A DNA stretch of 64,000 nt. Source: a virus (lineage: Duplodnaviria > Heunggongvirae > Uroviricota > Caudoviricetes). The stretch lies in the IMG/VR virus record IMGVR_UViG_3300045988_156427; one strand, 5' to 3'. Both the position numbers and the translations under genes were made by a program. This document shows positions 1 to 10,430 of the stretch, one piece after another. Below the pieces are notes generated by a model. It was given only the letters and a program-made list of their open reading frames with translations, had not been told where the DNA came from and did no database searches. How positions within the stretch are numbered: position 1 is the first letter of the stretch; the number at the start of each line of letters is the position of its first letter.

Positions 1-937
1 ATGAAATGGAGGAAATGATATGATAAAAAGAATCCTCTAACTTCAAGAACTCTATTTTATACTCTCTTCCGTTTTTTATTACCGATTTGATTGAGTGCCT
101 CAATTTGTCTTTTATTTTTTTTGCTTCTGGAATTTTCTTGTTAAGTTTTCTAAAGAAATCAGACACCTCTGTTTTATCTATAACCCTAATCCCAAAGCAG
201 GAAAAATAGTAATCTTTAATAGGTTGCAATAGTTTTCCTCGGGAAATAAGGAAAATATTGGAGGACATTACGTTGTCCCGTGAAAATACCTTATATTCAT
301 TTATAATCGCCTTGAGGTTCGCGTCACTTAGAGAATAGCCAAGAATAACAATAGTGTTTTCATGTAGAACTGTGCTTAGTTTATTTGAAAAGTAAGAATT
401 ACCATTTATAAATCTGAAATAATCCTCGCTAGTAACAACCATATCTGATGGGGAGTCTATAGAGCCGTGAACATGGTAGACTTTAACCTCACAATTATAT
501 TTTGGAATTGGCAGGCCGGGGGTGATTGTACACGTTCGATTCTCTCCAGCCAGTTTTTCTGCTAACTTGTCATAATTTGTCGTAATTACTTTAAATGTGT
601 TTTCTTTGAAAAAGTCTTGAATATATTCAATTGATGGATCAAGTTCGATTGAGGCTATGATTTTCTCAATCTCCTGGTAAATATTTTTCCCCGAAAGTAT
701 AAATTTTAGTGCAATAACCTGAGCAGCCTCTTCAAGGCTAAGGTCTTTTGCTTTTCCATCAGGAAATAATTCCTCTTTGAGTGAGTCACCATCCTTCAAT
801 AAACCGCACAGTTGCTCCAATAAAGATTGCCAACTTGGGGCTTTATCATCAGAAACAGCCTTTGAAAATCCAGTGCCTGTAAGAAAGCACAGCCTATGTG
901 TAGCTGCTGCATAGGCAATTTCTATATACTCGCTCAT
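1..937 (-). CDS. SIR2-like (sirtuin-type NAD-binding/NADase) domain protein, N-terminal 312 codons only; gene continues past the window start
   Basis: Hand translation from ATG at 937-935 (GGAG 7 nt upstream) is open to nt 2. Motifs FLTGTGFS (aa 18-25), VITTNYD (aa 117-123), VYHVHGS (aa 153-159), ILGYSLSD (aa 197-204). AT-rich versus neighbours. Confidence 0.6.
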   Translation of the reverse strand, partial: MSEYIEIAYAAATHRLCFLTGTGFSKAVSDDKAPSWQSLLEQLCGLLKDGDSLKEELFPDGKAKDLSLEEAAQVIALKFILSGKNIYQEIEKIIASIELDPSIEYIQDFFKENTFKVITTNYDKLAEKLAGENRTCTITPGLPIPKYNCEVKVYHVHGSIDSPSDMVVTSEDYFRFINGNSYFSNKLSTVLHENTIVILGYSLSDANLKAIINEYKVFSRDNVMSSNIFLISRGKLLQPIKDYYFSCFGIRVIDKTEVSDFFRKLNKKIPEAKKIKDKLRHSIKSVIKNGREYKIEFLKLEDSFYHIISSIS

Positions 938-993
938 TACTTACTCCATTTACTTATAGTTCTACGGAGAAGTATACCCTAATGCATTGACGT

Positions 994-1662
994 TTATAGA
1001 TAATTTCCTTTTCCTGTTAATACTCCCTTAGGCACCTGTTTTTGTGCCAGCGTTTGGGTTCCGCGAATTATGTTAATCAGAGGGCTTAGTAACGATGGTT
1101 CCTGGCGTGCCTCAACTTCTCCAGCCATTGCCCTGATGTAGTCTGCGCTGGCAACGTTGTTGTATTCCGTCGCAAAGCAACATAGTAACGTCAGAACATG
1201 CTCTGTCGTTATTTCGCTCCAGTTGATGTTGAAAAATTCATCGCCTTTTTTATCGTGTTCGGAATCGAAGATGCTTTGGTGGAGGATGTATTTGCCGGAT
1301 TCCTTGCGCGGTAACTTGATCGCTTTCTGGCGTTCCAGCTCCTTGTAAATCTGCATTGCTTCAATCAGTACCGGCCTGCCGTTCATGAAGGGATCGCGCA
1401 ACCTTACACGCTGGCCAACTCGACCAGTAATAAAGCTGTTTTCCTCTTCCACCAGCACGATAAAACCCTTTTCCTCTTTTTCTCGCAATTCGCGCAGCAG
1501 CTGGAGTTCCATGTCGCGGCGGCGTTCAGGGTAGCTGGTCCGCTCAGCCATTATCAGCTCGTTGTTGATCCATGCAGCAGTCATTGACGCCGGTTTGCCG
1601 ACGCTCATCGAAACAACGCATATTTTCTTATCCATAGCGCCCCTACAAAAAAGAAAAGCCAC
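994..1662 (-). CDS. hypothetical protein in the position P1 gives to mat; GTG start in track, possible internal ATG
   Basis: ORF track; backbone-like GC; co-directional with ref and the SIR2-like gene. No motif recognised. Confidence 0.5.
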   Translation of the reverse strand: MAFLFCRGAMDKKICVVSMSVGKPASMTAAWINNELIMAERTSYPERRRDMELQLLRELREKEEKGFIVLVEEENSFITGRVGQRVRLRDPFMNGRPVLIEAMQIYKELERQKAIKLPRKESGKYILHQSIFDSEHDKKGDEFFNINWSEITTEHVLTLLCCFATEYNNVASADYIRAMAGEVEARQEPSLLSPLINIIRGTQTLAQKQVPKGVLTGKGNYL

Positions 1663-1823
1663 CAGCGGCGGCTTAGCAATACAACTGAAGGTAGCGCCCG
1701 GTACTCAGACTGTGCCGTCCATGGAATATTTGAAAAGGGATCCATCCGTACCGGGCGTGTGATGATTCTGACTCAAGTCACTTGTCAGTTGTCAATCATT
1801 TAAGATTAAAAATAATATATTTA

Positions 1824-2384
1824 TTAGTGCATTATGTTTGCCATTTCATAGGCGTCAGCCAGCAACTCCATCTCTGACTTGTTCAACAAGGTGAATTCTT
1901 TCTTGCCTCCTACCACGCCATCGGCATGAACAGGGACCAGCCAGGGGTATTTTTCTCTTACTTCAGCCGGTGCTGCATGCTGGTGGTGCCATCTGCAAAG
2001 GGGCAATTGCTTTTTGTGACAACCCGGCGCGGTACGACCGGAGATATGGTGCAGAGACACCTCTTCAGATATTACTCCATGCATGTAGCAGGCAATGCAG
2101 GGGAGAGTGCCAAGAGCATTGGCGATAGTCTGTTCCTCCTCCGTCGGTGTTCGCCCCTTCAAGCCACGAGATTTTATTTTTACCGCACTTTTCCGCGTTT
2201 TGCTGGCTGGTGGGCGCTCTTTCTGTTTAGCGATACGGCGGTCGATAGAATCCCGCATTTTCTGATATTGCGATTCTCGCCAGGCGGGGTCAGCCAACTT
2301 TTCCCGTTGCCGAGCGATCGCTCGTTCTCTGGCTGCCTTCTGCCACTCGCGGCGCTGTTCAAGTTTTTGTTCGATTGTTTTCAT
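1824..2384 (-). CDS. ref: Ref recombination enhancement function, HNH-type endonuclease
   Basis: Track ORF 1824..2489 trimmed to internal ATG at 2384 (MKTIEQKLEQRREW...), 186 aa; His/Cys HNH-like C-terminus; matches P1 Ref as I recall it. Confidence 0.85.
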   Translation of the reverse strand: MKTIEQKLEQRREWQKAARERAIARQREKLADPAWRESQYQKMRDSIDRRIAKQKERPPASKTRKSAVKIKSRGLKGRTPTEEEQTIANALGTLPCIACYMHGVISEEVSLHHISGRTAPGCHKKQLPLCRWHHQHAAPAEVREKYPWLVPVHADGVVGGKKEFTLLNKSEMELLADAYEMANIMH

Positions 2385-2482
2385 ATGGCAAAAAAAAGGC
2401 GGCCTAATGGCCGCCAATGATGTCAAGGAGTGAAGTAATGGCAACGTCTTCGTAGTTGACAAAAACTGCGGCCAAATTATAG

Positions 2483-2499
2483 CAATCAATTAGAGCAAT
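2483..2499 (-). promoter_or_regulatory. C1 operator-like site upstream of ref
   Basis: Reverse complement ATTGCTCTAATTGATTG, 14/17 to the C1 operator consensus ATTGCTCTAATAAATTT. Confidence 0.55.
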
Positions 2500-2631
2500 G
2501 GTATATATTTTGTTTCTCGCGAATCACATTTTTTCACTTCAGTACCTGTGTGCTATACTCCTTCTTGATTGATTGGATGCGGAATACAAACCCGCTCTTT
2601 TGTGCAGCCTGGCTCCTTGCCAGGCTTTTTT

Positions 2632-2943
2632 TTATTTCATCATGGAAGCGGTTAACGCTTTGGACCTTGCTGAACTGATTGAAAGGGCATTGTTTACCTT
2701 ACCCAGGAGTTCGCCAAATTCCCCCATCACTCTAGTAAGCCCGCGCCGCGCTTCCTCCTCCGTTGCATTCATCACAAAATGTTCAGCACTCCGCATGCTT
2801 TTAACGGGGAACGCAACAGATATCGAGTCGATATCAGGCATCCTATCGCTCAACTTTACGGTGACAATGACAGATGGCGACAGAATATTAGTGCTTACAG
2901 ACAGCACTACATATTTTCCGTCGATGTTGAAATCCTTTCTCAT
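2632..2943 (-). CDS. hypothetical protein between cre and ref (c8 position)
   Basis: ORF track, 103 aa; positional only. Confidence 0.4.
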   Translation of the reverse strand: MRKDFNIDGKYVVLSVSTNILSPSVIVTVKLSDRMPDIDSISVAFPVKSMRSAEHFVMNATEEEARRGLTRVMGEFGELLGKVNNALSISSARSKALTASMMK

Positions 2944-2959
2944 ATGCCACCATAAATAT

Positions 2960-2976
2960 CAAAGAATTAGAGCAAT
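2960..2976 (-). promoter_or_regulatory. C1 operator-like site, core match
   Basis: Reverse complement ATTGCTCTAATTCTTTG, 13/17. Confidence 0.4.
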
Positions 2977-2993
2977 CATTTACGCGTTAATGG

Positions 2994-4025
2994 CTAATTG
3001 CCATCTTCCAGCAGGCGCACCATTGCCCCTGTTTCACTATCCAGGTTACGGATATAGTTCATGACAATATTTACATTGGTCCAGCCACCAGCTTGCATGA
3101 TCTCCGGTATTGAAACTCCAGCGCGGGCCATATCTCGCGCTGCTCCGACACGGGCACTGTGTCCAGACCAGGCCAGGTATCTCTGACCAGAGTCATCCTT
3201 AGCGCCGTAAATCAATCGATGAGTTGCTTCAAAAATCCCTTCCAGGGCGCGAGTTGATAGCTGGCTGGTGGCAGATGGCGCGGCAACACCATTTTTTCTG
3301 ACCCGGCAAAACAGGTAGTTATTCGGATCATCAGCTACACCAGAGACAGAAATCCATCGCTCGACCAGTTTAGTTACCCCCAGGCTAAGTGCCTTCTCTA
3401 CACCTGCGGTGCTAACCAGCGTTTTCGTTCTGCCAATATGGATTAACATTCTCCCACCGTCAGTACGTGAGATATCTTTAACCCTGATCCTGGCAATTTC
3501 TGCTATACGTAGCAGGGTATTATAAGCAATCCCAAGAAATGCCAGATTACGTATATCCTGGCAGCGATCGCTATTTTCCATGAGTGAACGAACCTGGTCG
3601 AAATCAGTGCGTTCGAACGCCAATGCCTGTTTTGCACGTTCACCGGCATCAACGTTTTCTTTTCGAATCCGCCGCATGACCAGTGAAACAGCATTGCTGT
3701 CACTTGGTCGTGGCAGCCCGGACCGACGATGAAGCATGTTTAGCTGGCCCAAATGTTGCTGGATAGTTTTTACTGCCAGACCGCGCGCCTGAAGATATAG
3801 AAGATAATCGCGAACATCTTCAGGTTCTGCGGGAAACCATTTCCGGTTATTCAACTTGCACCATGCCGCCCACGACCGGCAAACGGACAGAAGCATTTTC
3901 CAGGTATGCTCAGAAAACGCCTGGCGATCCCTGAACATGTCCATCAGGTTCTTGCGAACCTCATCACTCGTTGCATCGACCGGTAATGCAGGCAAATTTT
4001 GGTGTACGGTCAGTAAATTGGACAT
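2994..4025 (-). CDS. cre: Cre tyrosine site-specific recombinase
   Basis: 343 aa starting MSNLLTVHQNLPALPVDATSDEVRKNLMDMFRDRQAFSEHTWK, ending ...MVRLLEDGN; matches Cre as I recall it; loxP 420 bp away. Confidence 0.97.
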   Translation of the reverse strand: MSNLLTVHQNLPALPVDATSDEVRKNLMDMFRDRQAFSEHTWKMLLSVCRSWAAWCKLNNRKWFPAEPEDVRDYLLYLQARGLAVKTIQQHLGQLNMLHRRSGLPRPSDSNAVSLVMRRIRKENVDAGERAKQALAFERTDFDQVRSLMENSDRCQDIRNLAFLGIAYNTLLRIAEIARIRVKDISRTDGGRMLIHIGRTKTLVSTAGVEKALSLGVTKLVERWISVSGVADDPNNYLFCRVRKNGVAAPSATSQLSTRALEGIFEATHRLIYGAKDDSGQRYLAWSGHSARVGAARDMARAGVSIPEIMQAGGWTNVNIVMNYIRNLDSETGAMVRLLEDGN

Positions 4026-4032
4026 TTAACAC

Positions 4033-4254
4033 TCAGATAATGGTTTTAAGTAAAGTGTACAGGATCGGCTCTGCCTTTACCTGTTTATGGTTCTCGTCAT
4101 AGAAACGCCAGCGACCGCGCGTGCGTTCTATTTTCTCTTCACCGCGCGATAATGACAGTTGGCAACTATCACGATCAAACCCTTTTGCCCGCCAGTAACC
4201 ACGGTTTTTCTCAAGCTCAAGATGAGTGGACACTTTAGCAGTTGAATATCCCAT
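4033..4254 (-). CDS. small protein immediately upstream of cre (cra position)
   Basis: ORF track, 73 aa; GAGGTG 7 nt before ATG; preceded by CCAATCAATCA motif. Confidence 0.45.
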   Translation of the reverse strand: MGYSTAKVSTHLELEKNRGYWRAKGFDRDSCQLSLSRGEEKIERTRGRWRFYDENHKQVKAEPILYTLLKTII

Positions 4255-4443
4255 TTTTCACCTCTGATTGATTGGTGGTGCTAAGTGCGCTACGCGAAAT
4301 CTGTAGGACTAACACCGCCAATTTTTCACAGATTTTACGTAGCGCAACCTTGATCAAATGATCAAGTGGTCACTATTTGACCTGCTAAGGTATTGAACTG
4401 TATGGATTTACAGGTAAATTGATCATATTCAATAACCCTTAAT

Positions 4444-4477
4444 ATAACTTCGTATAATGTATGCTATACGAAGTTAT
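4444..4477. other. loxP: loxP recombination site
   Basis: Exact ATAACTTCGTATA-ATGTATGC-TATACGAAGTTAT. Confidence 0.97.
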
Positions 4478-4520
4478 TAGGTCCGAAGAGGAGTTTACGT
4501 CCAGCTGCGCATAAAAATCA

Positions 4521-4537
4521 AGAATTATTAGAGCAAT
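4521..4537 (-). promoter_or_regulatory. C1 operator (Op99 cluster)
   Basis: Reverse complement ATTGCTCTAATAATTCT, 15/17. Confidence 0.6.
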
Positions 4538-4587
4538 AAATTTTGAGAGAAAAACCCCACTCCACCAGCCAAAAACTGGATTGTTTT

Positions 4588-4616
4588 TCATAGTTGTTTG
4601 ACAATTGCTCTAATAA
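4588..4616 (+). promoter_or_regulatory. sigma70-like promoter (TTGACA -35) overlapped by a C1 operator, reading toward coi-c1
   Basis: TTGACA at 4588-4593; operator ATTGCTCTAATAAATTA at 4594-4610 (16/17); TAGTTT or TATAGT -10 follows. Confidence 0.6.
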
Positions 4617-4858
4617 ATTATAGTTTTGCCGCCGTTTCGTAATACGACTTTGGATTCACTATTTAATGTGTCTTCAGCGTTGTAGAGCGGCTCAGAAGGA
4701 AATGAGCAAACAGGGAAACCTTATACAACGGCATTACAGCTATGCATTGCTCATCTTACACACAGCGCAATGTTGTTAGATTACCCCAGCATGGATCATG
4801 GGTGAAACAGTAGGTCAGAGCTTCAGGCTCTGTGTTGTCAATACAGTGAGGCATAATT

Positions 4859-5068
4859 ATGGCTTTCATTCCACCAACCATCGACGACGTTAGACATTGC
4901 TCTAACGCTTTATCTGTAGACCCCGCCGAAACCGACGCTGCCCGCGCCATTGCTGAACACTACTCAAAGATATCCAATCAGGAGTACCGCATCACCCAAG
5001 ACGACCTGGATGATCTCACTGACACAATCGAATATCTCATGGCCACTAACCAGCCAGACTCACAATAA
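4859..5068 (+). CDS. coi: Coi, C1 inactivator
   Basis: 69 aa directly upstream of c1; size and position as in P1. Confidence 0.8.
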   Translation: MAFIPPTIDDVRHCSNALSVDPAETDAARAIAEHYSKISNQEYRITQDDLDDLTDTIEYLMATNQPDSQ

Positions 5069-5084
5069 ATGCACTAATAAATCT
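5068..5084 (+). promoter_or_regulatory. C1 operator-like site between coi and c1
   Basis: AATGCACTAATAAATCT, 14/17. Confidence 0.45.
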
Positions 5085-5178
5085 ATTATTTTCGTTGGAT
5101 CCTTCTATAATGGTGGCCAACAACTCCCAGTGTAATCCGCTGTGAGTTGTTGGCCATGTCAATTCTGGAGGAGGATCA

Positions 5179-6030
5179 ATGATAAATTATGTCTACGGCG
5201 AACAACTGTACCAGGAGTTCGTCAGCTTCAGGGATCTCTTTCTAAAAAAAGCTGTTGCACGCGCCCAACACGTTGATGCCGCCAGCGACGGTCGTCCTGT
5301 TCGCCCGGTTGTCGTTCTGCCGTTCAAAGAAACGGACAGCATTCAGGCTGAAATTGATAAATGGACTTTAATGGCGCGGGAACTGGAACAGTACCCAGAC
5401 CTCAATATCCCAAAGACTATTTTATATCCAGTGCCTAACATCCTTCGCGGTGTGCGTAAGGTTACTACTTATCAGACAGAAGCTGTGAACAGCGTCAACA
5501 TGACCGCTGGCCGCATTATTCATCTGATTGATAAGGACATTCGCATCCAGAAAAGCGCGGGGATCAATGAGCACAGTGCGAAATACATAGAGAACCTGGA
5601 AGCAACAAAAGAGCTAATGAAGCAGTACCCGGAGGATGAAAAATTCCGTATGCGTGTACACGGCTTTAGCGAAACAATGCTGCGCGTCCATTACATTTCC
5701 AGTAGCCCTAACTACAATGATGGTAAATCAGTTAGTTACCATGTGCCGCTGTGTGGTGTGTTTATCTGCGATGAAACTCTCCGTGATGGAATCATCATCA
5801 ACGGTGAATTCGAGAAAGCAAAATTTAGCCTTTATGACTCTATAGAACCGATCATCTGCGACCGCTGGCCGCAGGCAAAAATATATCGCCTGGCAGATAT
5901 TGAAAATGTAAAAAAACAAATTGCCATCACTCGCGAAGAGAAAAAGGTCAAATCAGCCGCATCAGTTACGCGCAGCCGTAAAACTAAGAAGGGGCAGCCA
6001 GTAAACAGCAACCCCGAAAGCGCGCAATAG
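5179..6030 (+). CDS. c1: C1 repressor of lysis
   Basis: 283 aa starting MINYVYGEQLYQEF; matches P1 C1 as I recall it; cognate operators throughout the window. Confidence 0.95.
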   Translation: MINYVYGEQLYQEFVSFRDLFLKKAVARAQHVDAASDGRPVRPVVVLPFKETDSIQAEIDKWTLMARELEQYPDLNIPKTILYPVPNILRGVRKVTTYQTEAVNSVNMTAGRIIHLIDKDIRIQKSAGINEHSAKYIENLEATKELMKQYPEDEKFRMRVHGFSETMLRVHYISSSPNYNDGKSVSYHVPLCGVFICDETLRDGIIINGEFEKAKFSLYDSIEPIICDRWPQAKIYRLADIENVKKQIAITREEKKVKSAASVTRSRKTKKGQPVNSNPESAQ

Positions 6031-6055
6031 TTTTCCATCCGGCATGGTCAAATTG

Positions 6056-7540
6056 TTATTCATTAAGCCATGCCAGAGCTTCATCAACCTGCGCTTCGTC
6101 TTCGACGCTAAGCACTTCATCTTGGGGAACATAGTTCGCCAACATAGCGAAACAATATGTATCCCAATGGTCCGGTGAGTGCAGGTTGAGTTTTTTCTTC
6201 ATATCTTCCTTTGACATCACCTTCCATTGACCTGCGGAATTTATCCCTACCGGTATCTTTGATGCTTCCTCTATAGTCGCAGCCCCCTTATCAAGCCTCA
6301 TACGCCCTGATTTTACAGCTTCTGCCGCCTGAATATTCGCGAAAGCGCGCATATCGAAATAAAGGCTTTTATCTTCACGGCTGTGCATCTTTTTACCCCA
6401 GCGGATACGCTGGACGGTAATGCCATAGCGTTCGTACATTAGATCAGCCGTCGATTTCCCCAAGCCATCGCCATCAATAGCTATGGTTATGTTCGGGAAC
6501 CGTTCTGGGTTACATTCTGCGAAAATCTTGGCGGCTAACTGCGTTTCTGTAACGTCTGTGTATTCCAGCATACGATAGTTGATTACACGGCGTTTATTTC
6601 GCTGGCCGGACACCATCATGATATTAATAACGGACTTATCTCGTCCTGTGCCACCAGCAACGTCAACACATGCAACCCAGCCCCATCCTTTGGCAATCTT
6701 GACCTTTCGCCGCGTCGCCCGCTCAACCTCATCACGACCAAGAAGAAAGCCATCTTGAGATTTGGGAAATTCACCACGTACTTTGATCATGTACATGGGG
6801 TTATCACGACCGCCATACTCCGCAAGTTTTGCTCGTATAAATTTTGCATCTACAAGCGGAGATTCTTCACTATTCAGTATTATCGCAGTAAACAATCCAT
6901 CAGGATTTCCCGGGCGAATAGCTAGTCTGTGGTGTGAATCGTAGAAATAGCCTGAAGGTCGCGTAGGCTGGGAAAGAAGCAGAATACGGTTATCCTTACC
7001 GGTCAGCGCACCTGTTATCACACTGAATGCTTTATCACTTACACCCGACGCTTCGTCGATGATATACAAGAGATGATCGGCGTGTTCACCAGCCAACGCC
7101 TCCTCATTTCCGGGGCGACAGGACTTTATCAATATTGTCCAAACACCCTTGCCAGTCACCTCAAAAAAAGACGTTTCTGTAAGAATGAAATACTTCGACA
7201 ACCACGGGAATCTGCTAACAGCAGTAGCCCAATTGCTCTTTATGTATTTGAAAATACCATCAAGGACTTGCTGTCTTTTGTTAGCGACCAGAATGACGCG
7301 AGCGCCGGGGAAAAACATGATGAAGAGTATTGCAATGATACTCGTCATATCCGATTTACCAGTACCATGGCCGGAGGTCACACTTGTCCAACTGCCGTCC
7401 TGCTGCGTGGACTCAATGATCTCATCCTGCTGCCAGGTTGGTGTCTTCCCAAACAACACATCAGCGGCCGCAATCCAGTCATAACGATATAGCGCCACCA
7501 GCTCGCGCCAACGTGGGTCCGTTACGCAACTTCTGGCCAT
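6056..7540 (-). CDS. pacB: PacB terminase large subunit
   Basis: 494 aa with Walker A-like GHGTGKSD; translationally coupled to pacA; P1 synteny. Confidence 0.85.
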
Positions 7541-8733
7541 TAATCATCATCCCCGTACAGTTTGCGGGTAACTTCTTCGTCTTCCTCCTCGTCTTCGTCC
7601 AGATCCTGTTCAAGCCATGCTTCGTTTGATATGCCTTCCGCATCGACATCACCATAACCACCTGTATCGACGATATCGGCAATTTCTTCTCTACGATGCT
7701 CAATCCACAATGCCGCATCAGCGCGGCGGCTGGCGGCCCGTTCTCGCGCGATTTTATCCAGATCTTCAAGTGATGGAGCGCCAGATGCTGTTTGGTTTTC
7801 CTCATCATCGGTATTGGTCTTAGGAGCACGCAGATCGGCTTTGATTTGCTCCAGCATCAGGGGCGGCACTTTTCCTCCATGCGCCTCGATGAATTCAGCC
7901 GCTTCCAGCACTGACCAGTTATTTTCACGCTTTCGTTCGTATGCCAGCTTAACAATGCCAGCTTGCCCCATAGATAAAGCGTGCTTTTCCGCCTCCCGGC
8001 TTTCTTTTCGATAGTTATTCCGGATGCTGTAAATGGTGTTGATCAGGCTGCTTATCTGCGCGGAACAGCTGTTTAGCATGCTCGCGATACGGTATTCAGG
8101 CGGAGTACCTTCATCATCGTCTTTTTGCTGATCGCGCATTTCCTGCACCAGGCGAATACACGTATCCCTGGCGTTCTCCAGCATAAGGAGATGAGAAAGA
8201 GACTTTTCCAGAAGAGTGGTTTCCAGAACATCGGCCCCGGACCGACGCAACATAGCGCGCGCGGCCTTCCGCGCTTCAACGTTATCTATCAGGTAATCGC
8301 CAGCTTCGAATTCAAAGCGTTCACCATCATCATCCAGGGTGTCGCGTTCCAGGCGATCACGTAAGGTCCGGTGGGCGCGGGTGATCACGTCATGATCATC
8401 TGAACGATCATTTATGCGCTTATTTTGGCGCTTCGCATTCTCGACTGCGGCACTGACAACGGCATTAACTCTTTGTTTTCCCGCTATTTCAGCCGAAACG
8501 TGATCACCTGCATGTTGATCATTAGAGTGATCAATGATCATGCTTTTTAGTGGCTTCCTGACTGGCTTATTTGGCTTGCGGCTGTCCGTAGTCCTGGTGT
8601 CTTCTTTGAAGGCACGGAGATAACGACGTGCGGTATTAGGGTTAAGATTAAACTCGGCGGCATACTGTGCGATGGTGTAACCACCATCTCGCGCCAGGCG
8701 AGCAAAATTCTTCTTGTGATCGTCCCAGGTCAC
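7540..8733 (-). CDS. pacA: PacA terminase pac-recognition subunit
   Basis: 397 aa starting [28 protein letters not shown]; contains the pac site. Confidence 0.85.
8380..8541. other. pac: pac packaging site (GATC-containing hexamer clusters)
   Basis: TGATCA-type hexamers at about 8382, 8393, 8405 and again at 8501, 8516, 8528, 8535, flanking a central spacer inside pacA. Confidence 0.75.
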
Positions 8734-8818
8734 TTATGCTTCCTTTCGTAAAAACTCTTTTTGACGCGAGGGTAACGAAAGTCACATGTCAAAAGGCCCG
8801 GAACGGGCAAGCAATCAA

Positions 8819-9271
8819 TCAGATACGTGCGGATGTGGCATTACAGTAATGACGGTGCTGACGGGCCACCTTATTGAAAAGTTGACGCGCCATTACCCAA
8901 GGCTGGTGCTCCCGGCGTTCCTTTTCGTCCTGCGTCATATAGAGTTCGTTCTGGAGTTTTTCATCAAACCGGCGCGGAGCGCGGCTACGGCGAAAGAATT
9001 CAGGATTCAGAGAGTGGATCTGAAATCTACGTGGGCGTGTACTGTCATCTATCAAAACAGACGAATACTTAGACACAGCGATAGCCTTTAAGCGCAGATA
9101 AACATCGCGCTTATCGACATCCAGATGCGGGTATTCCTTTTCAAGAATTGCTGCGAGTTCTTTCGCTGATAGAAGAGATTTAGTGCGGATCATGTAATCC
9201 GCAATCTCGTACGATGTTATTCGTGAGTGATTTATTTCCATGAAGTGGCGTCCCTGCCAGTTAAGTAACAT
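8819..9271 (-). CDS. lpa: Lpa late promoter activator (gene 10) candidate
   Basis: 150-aa ORF adjacent to pacA with a C1 operator upstream; position as in P1. Confidence 0.55.
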   Translation of the reverse strand: MLLNWQGRHFMEINHSRITSYEIADYMIRTKSLLSAKELAAILEKEYPHLDVDKRDVYLRLKAIAVSKYSSVLIDDSTRPRRFQIHSLNPEFFRRSRAPRRFDEKLQNELYMTQDEKERREHQPWVMARQLFNKVARQHRHYCNATSARI

Positions 9272-9341
9272 CCTGTCACCTACTGATTAGCCCATGTCAA
9301 CTAATCAACGTGGAATATAATACCCTCGATTAAAGAAATAG

Positions 9342-9358
9342 CAATACATTAGAGCAAT
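9342..9358 (-). promoter_or_regulatory. C1 operator upstream of lpa
   Basis: Reverse complement ATTGCTCTAATGTATTG, 14/17. Confidence 0.5.
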
Positions 9359-9359
9359 T

Positions 9360-10403
9360 TTATCTAACACTCGACGAATGACTTGTGATAACGCCCACTC
9401 CAAGCGCGTAATCAAAGAACAATCGTTGATGCATCGCCAACCTACCGTGCGTCTTCTCCCAATTATCGCGGTCACGCTCAATATCACGCTGGCATGACTG
9501 GCACAGAGGAATTGCGTAAATGTCATGCGCGCATAATCGACTATGACGAACGATATAAGGCGTAATGTGAGCGCCAGCTCCCGCAGCTCCACACCCACAG
9601 CATGGACGGGAAGCAACAAAGTCCATGTACTCAGGTAATTTTAGCGATTGCAGTTTTGGTATTTTGAAATGCGCCATGCCAGGGTCGGAGTCAACATCCA
9701 CAGGGCATACTTTTGCACGCATCGGCGCGGCGCGTTCTTCCATCATCTGAACATATGCTGTAGCGCGATCGTCATACGGGCGAATATCCGCCTCTTTCAG
9801 AGGTCCGCTATCCTGCGGAGTAGCCTTCATCTTATTTATTGATATGCGGCAGACTTCTTCCGGCATCAGGTGCATCATGTTGCGCATGAAAGCCCACCAG
9901 CACAGCTCCTGAATACTTAAATCATGGCTATTTGAAAGGCCCATTTCCTGACGGGCGACATCCAGTATCCAGTTAACGCGATTATTGTGCAGCGTTTCTT
10001 TCAGCTCATTAAAACCACGCATCCGGTAATGGTTATCGTGATGCCAGCACAACAACACCGCGCTATTGTCTCGTTCAGCGTGGACAATATGGTTGTCACA
10101 CCAACTACGATCTGCGGCCTGGCATTGACCCTCTTTCCTACGCAACCACGCCACCAGCGCGTCAATTCCACCAATACGGCGAAACAGTTCATCGCTGTTA
10201 AAAAACGGCTGCAACGCCTCATTTGTTGCCATGGTTTGCTCGGTAACAACGAGGCCGTCTTCCATGTGCTCGATTAACTCACGCGGCACCGGCTCCATAA
10301 TAAATTTACGGCCAGCCTCCACCAGCTTTCTGACCTCCTGATCCACTTTGAACGTGGCGAGGCCAAGCTCTTTCTGTACAAAGGGAGTAATTACGGCTTT
10401 CAC
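9360..10403 (-). CDS. Cys/His-rich hypothetical protein
   Basis: 347-aa ORF; C-terminal Cys cluster CCGCG...CAHD...CQSCQ. Confidence 0.5.
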   Translation of the reverse strand: MKAVITPFVQKELGLATFKVDQEVRKLVEAGRKFIMEPVPRELIEHMEDGLVVTEQTMATNEALQPFFNSDELFRRIGGIDALVAWLRRKEGQCQAADRSWCDNHIVHAERDNSAVLLCWHHDNHYRMRGFNELKETLHNNRVNWILDVARQEMGLSNSHDLSIQELCWWAFMRNMMHLMPEEVCRISINKMKATPQDSGPLKEADIRPYDDRATAYVQMMEERAAPMRAKVCPVDVDSDPGMAHFKIPKLQSLKLPEYMDFVASRPCCGCGAAGAGAHITPYIVRHSRLCAHDIYAIPLCQSCQRDIERDRDNWEKTHGRLAMHQRLFFDYALGVGVITSHSSSVR

Positions 10404-10430
10404 ATCACACCTTTAATCACTGATTGGGCT

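Noticed and set aside
3503-3703. Track ORFs lying antisense to or inside confident genes (for example 3503..3703 in cre, 7073..7492 and 7149..7484 in pacB, 31613..32205 in ban, 58317..60500 in sit)
   Set aside because: Fully contained in well-supported genes on the opposite strand; no SD or conservation signal.
4756-4950. 64-aa minus-strand ORF overlapping the coi start
   Set aside because: Antisense to coi and its promoter region; no translation signals.
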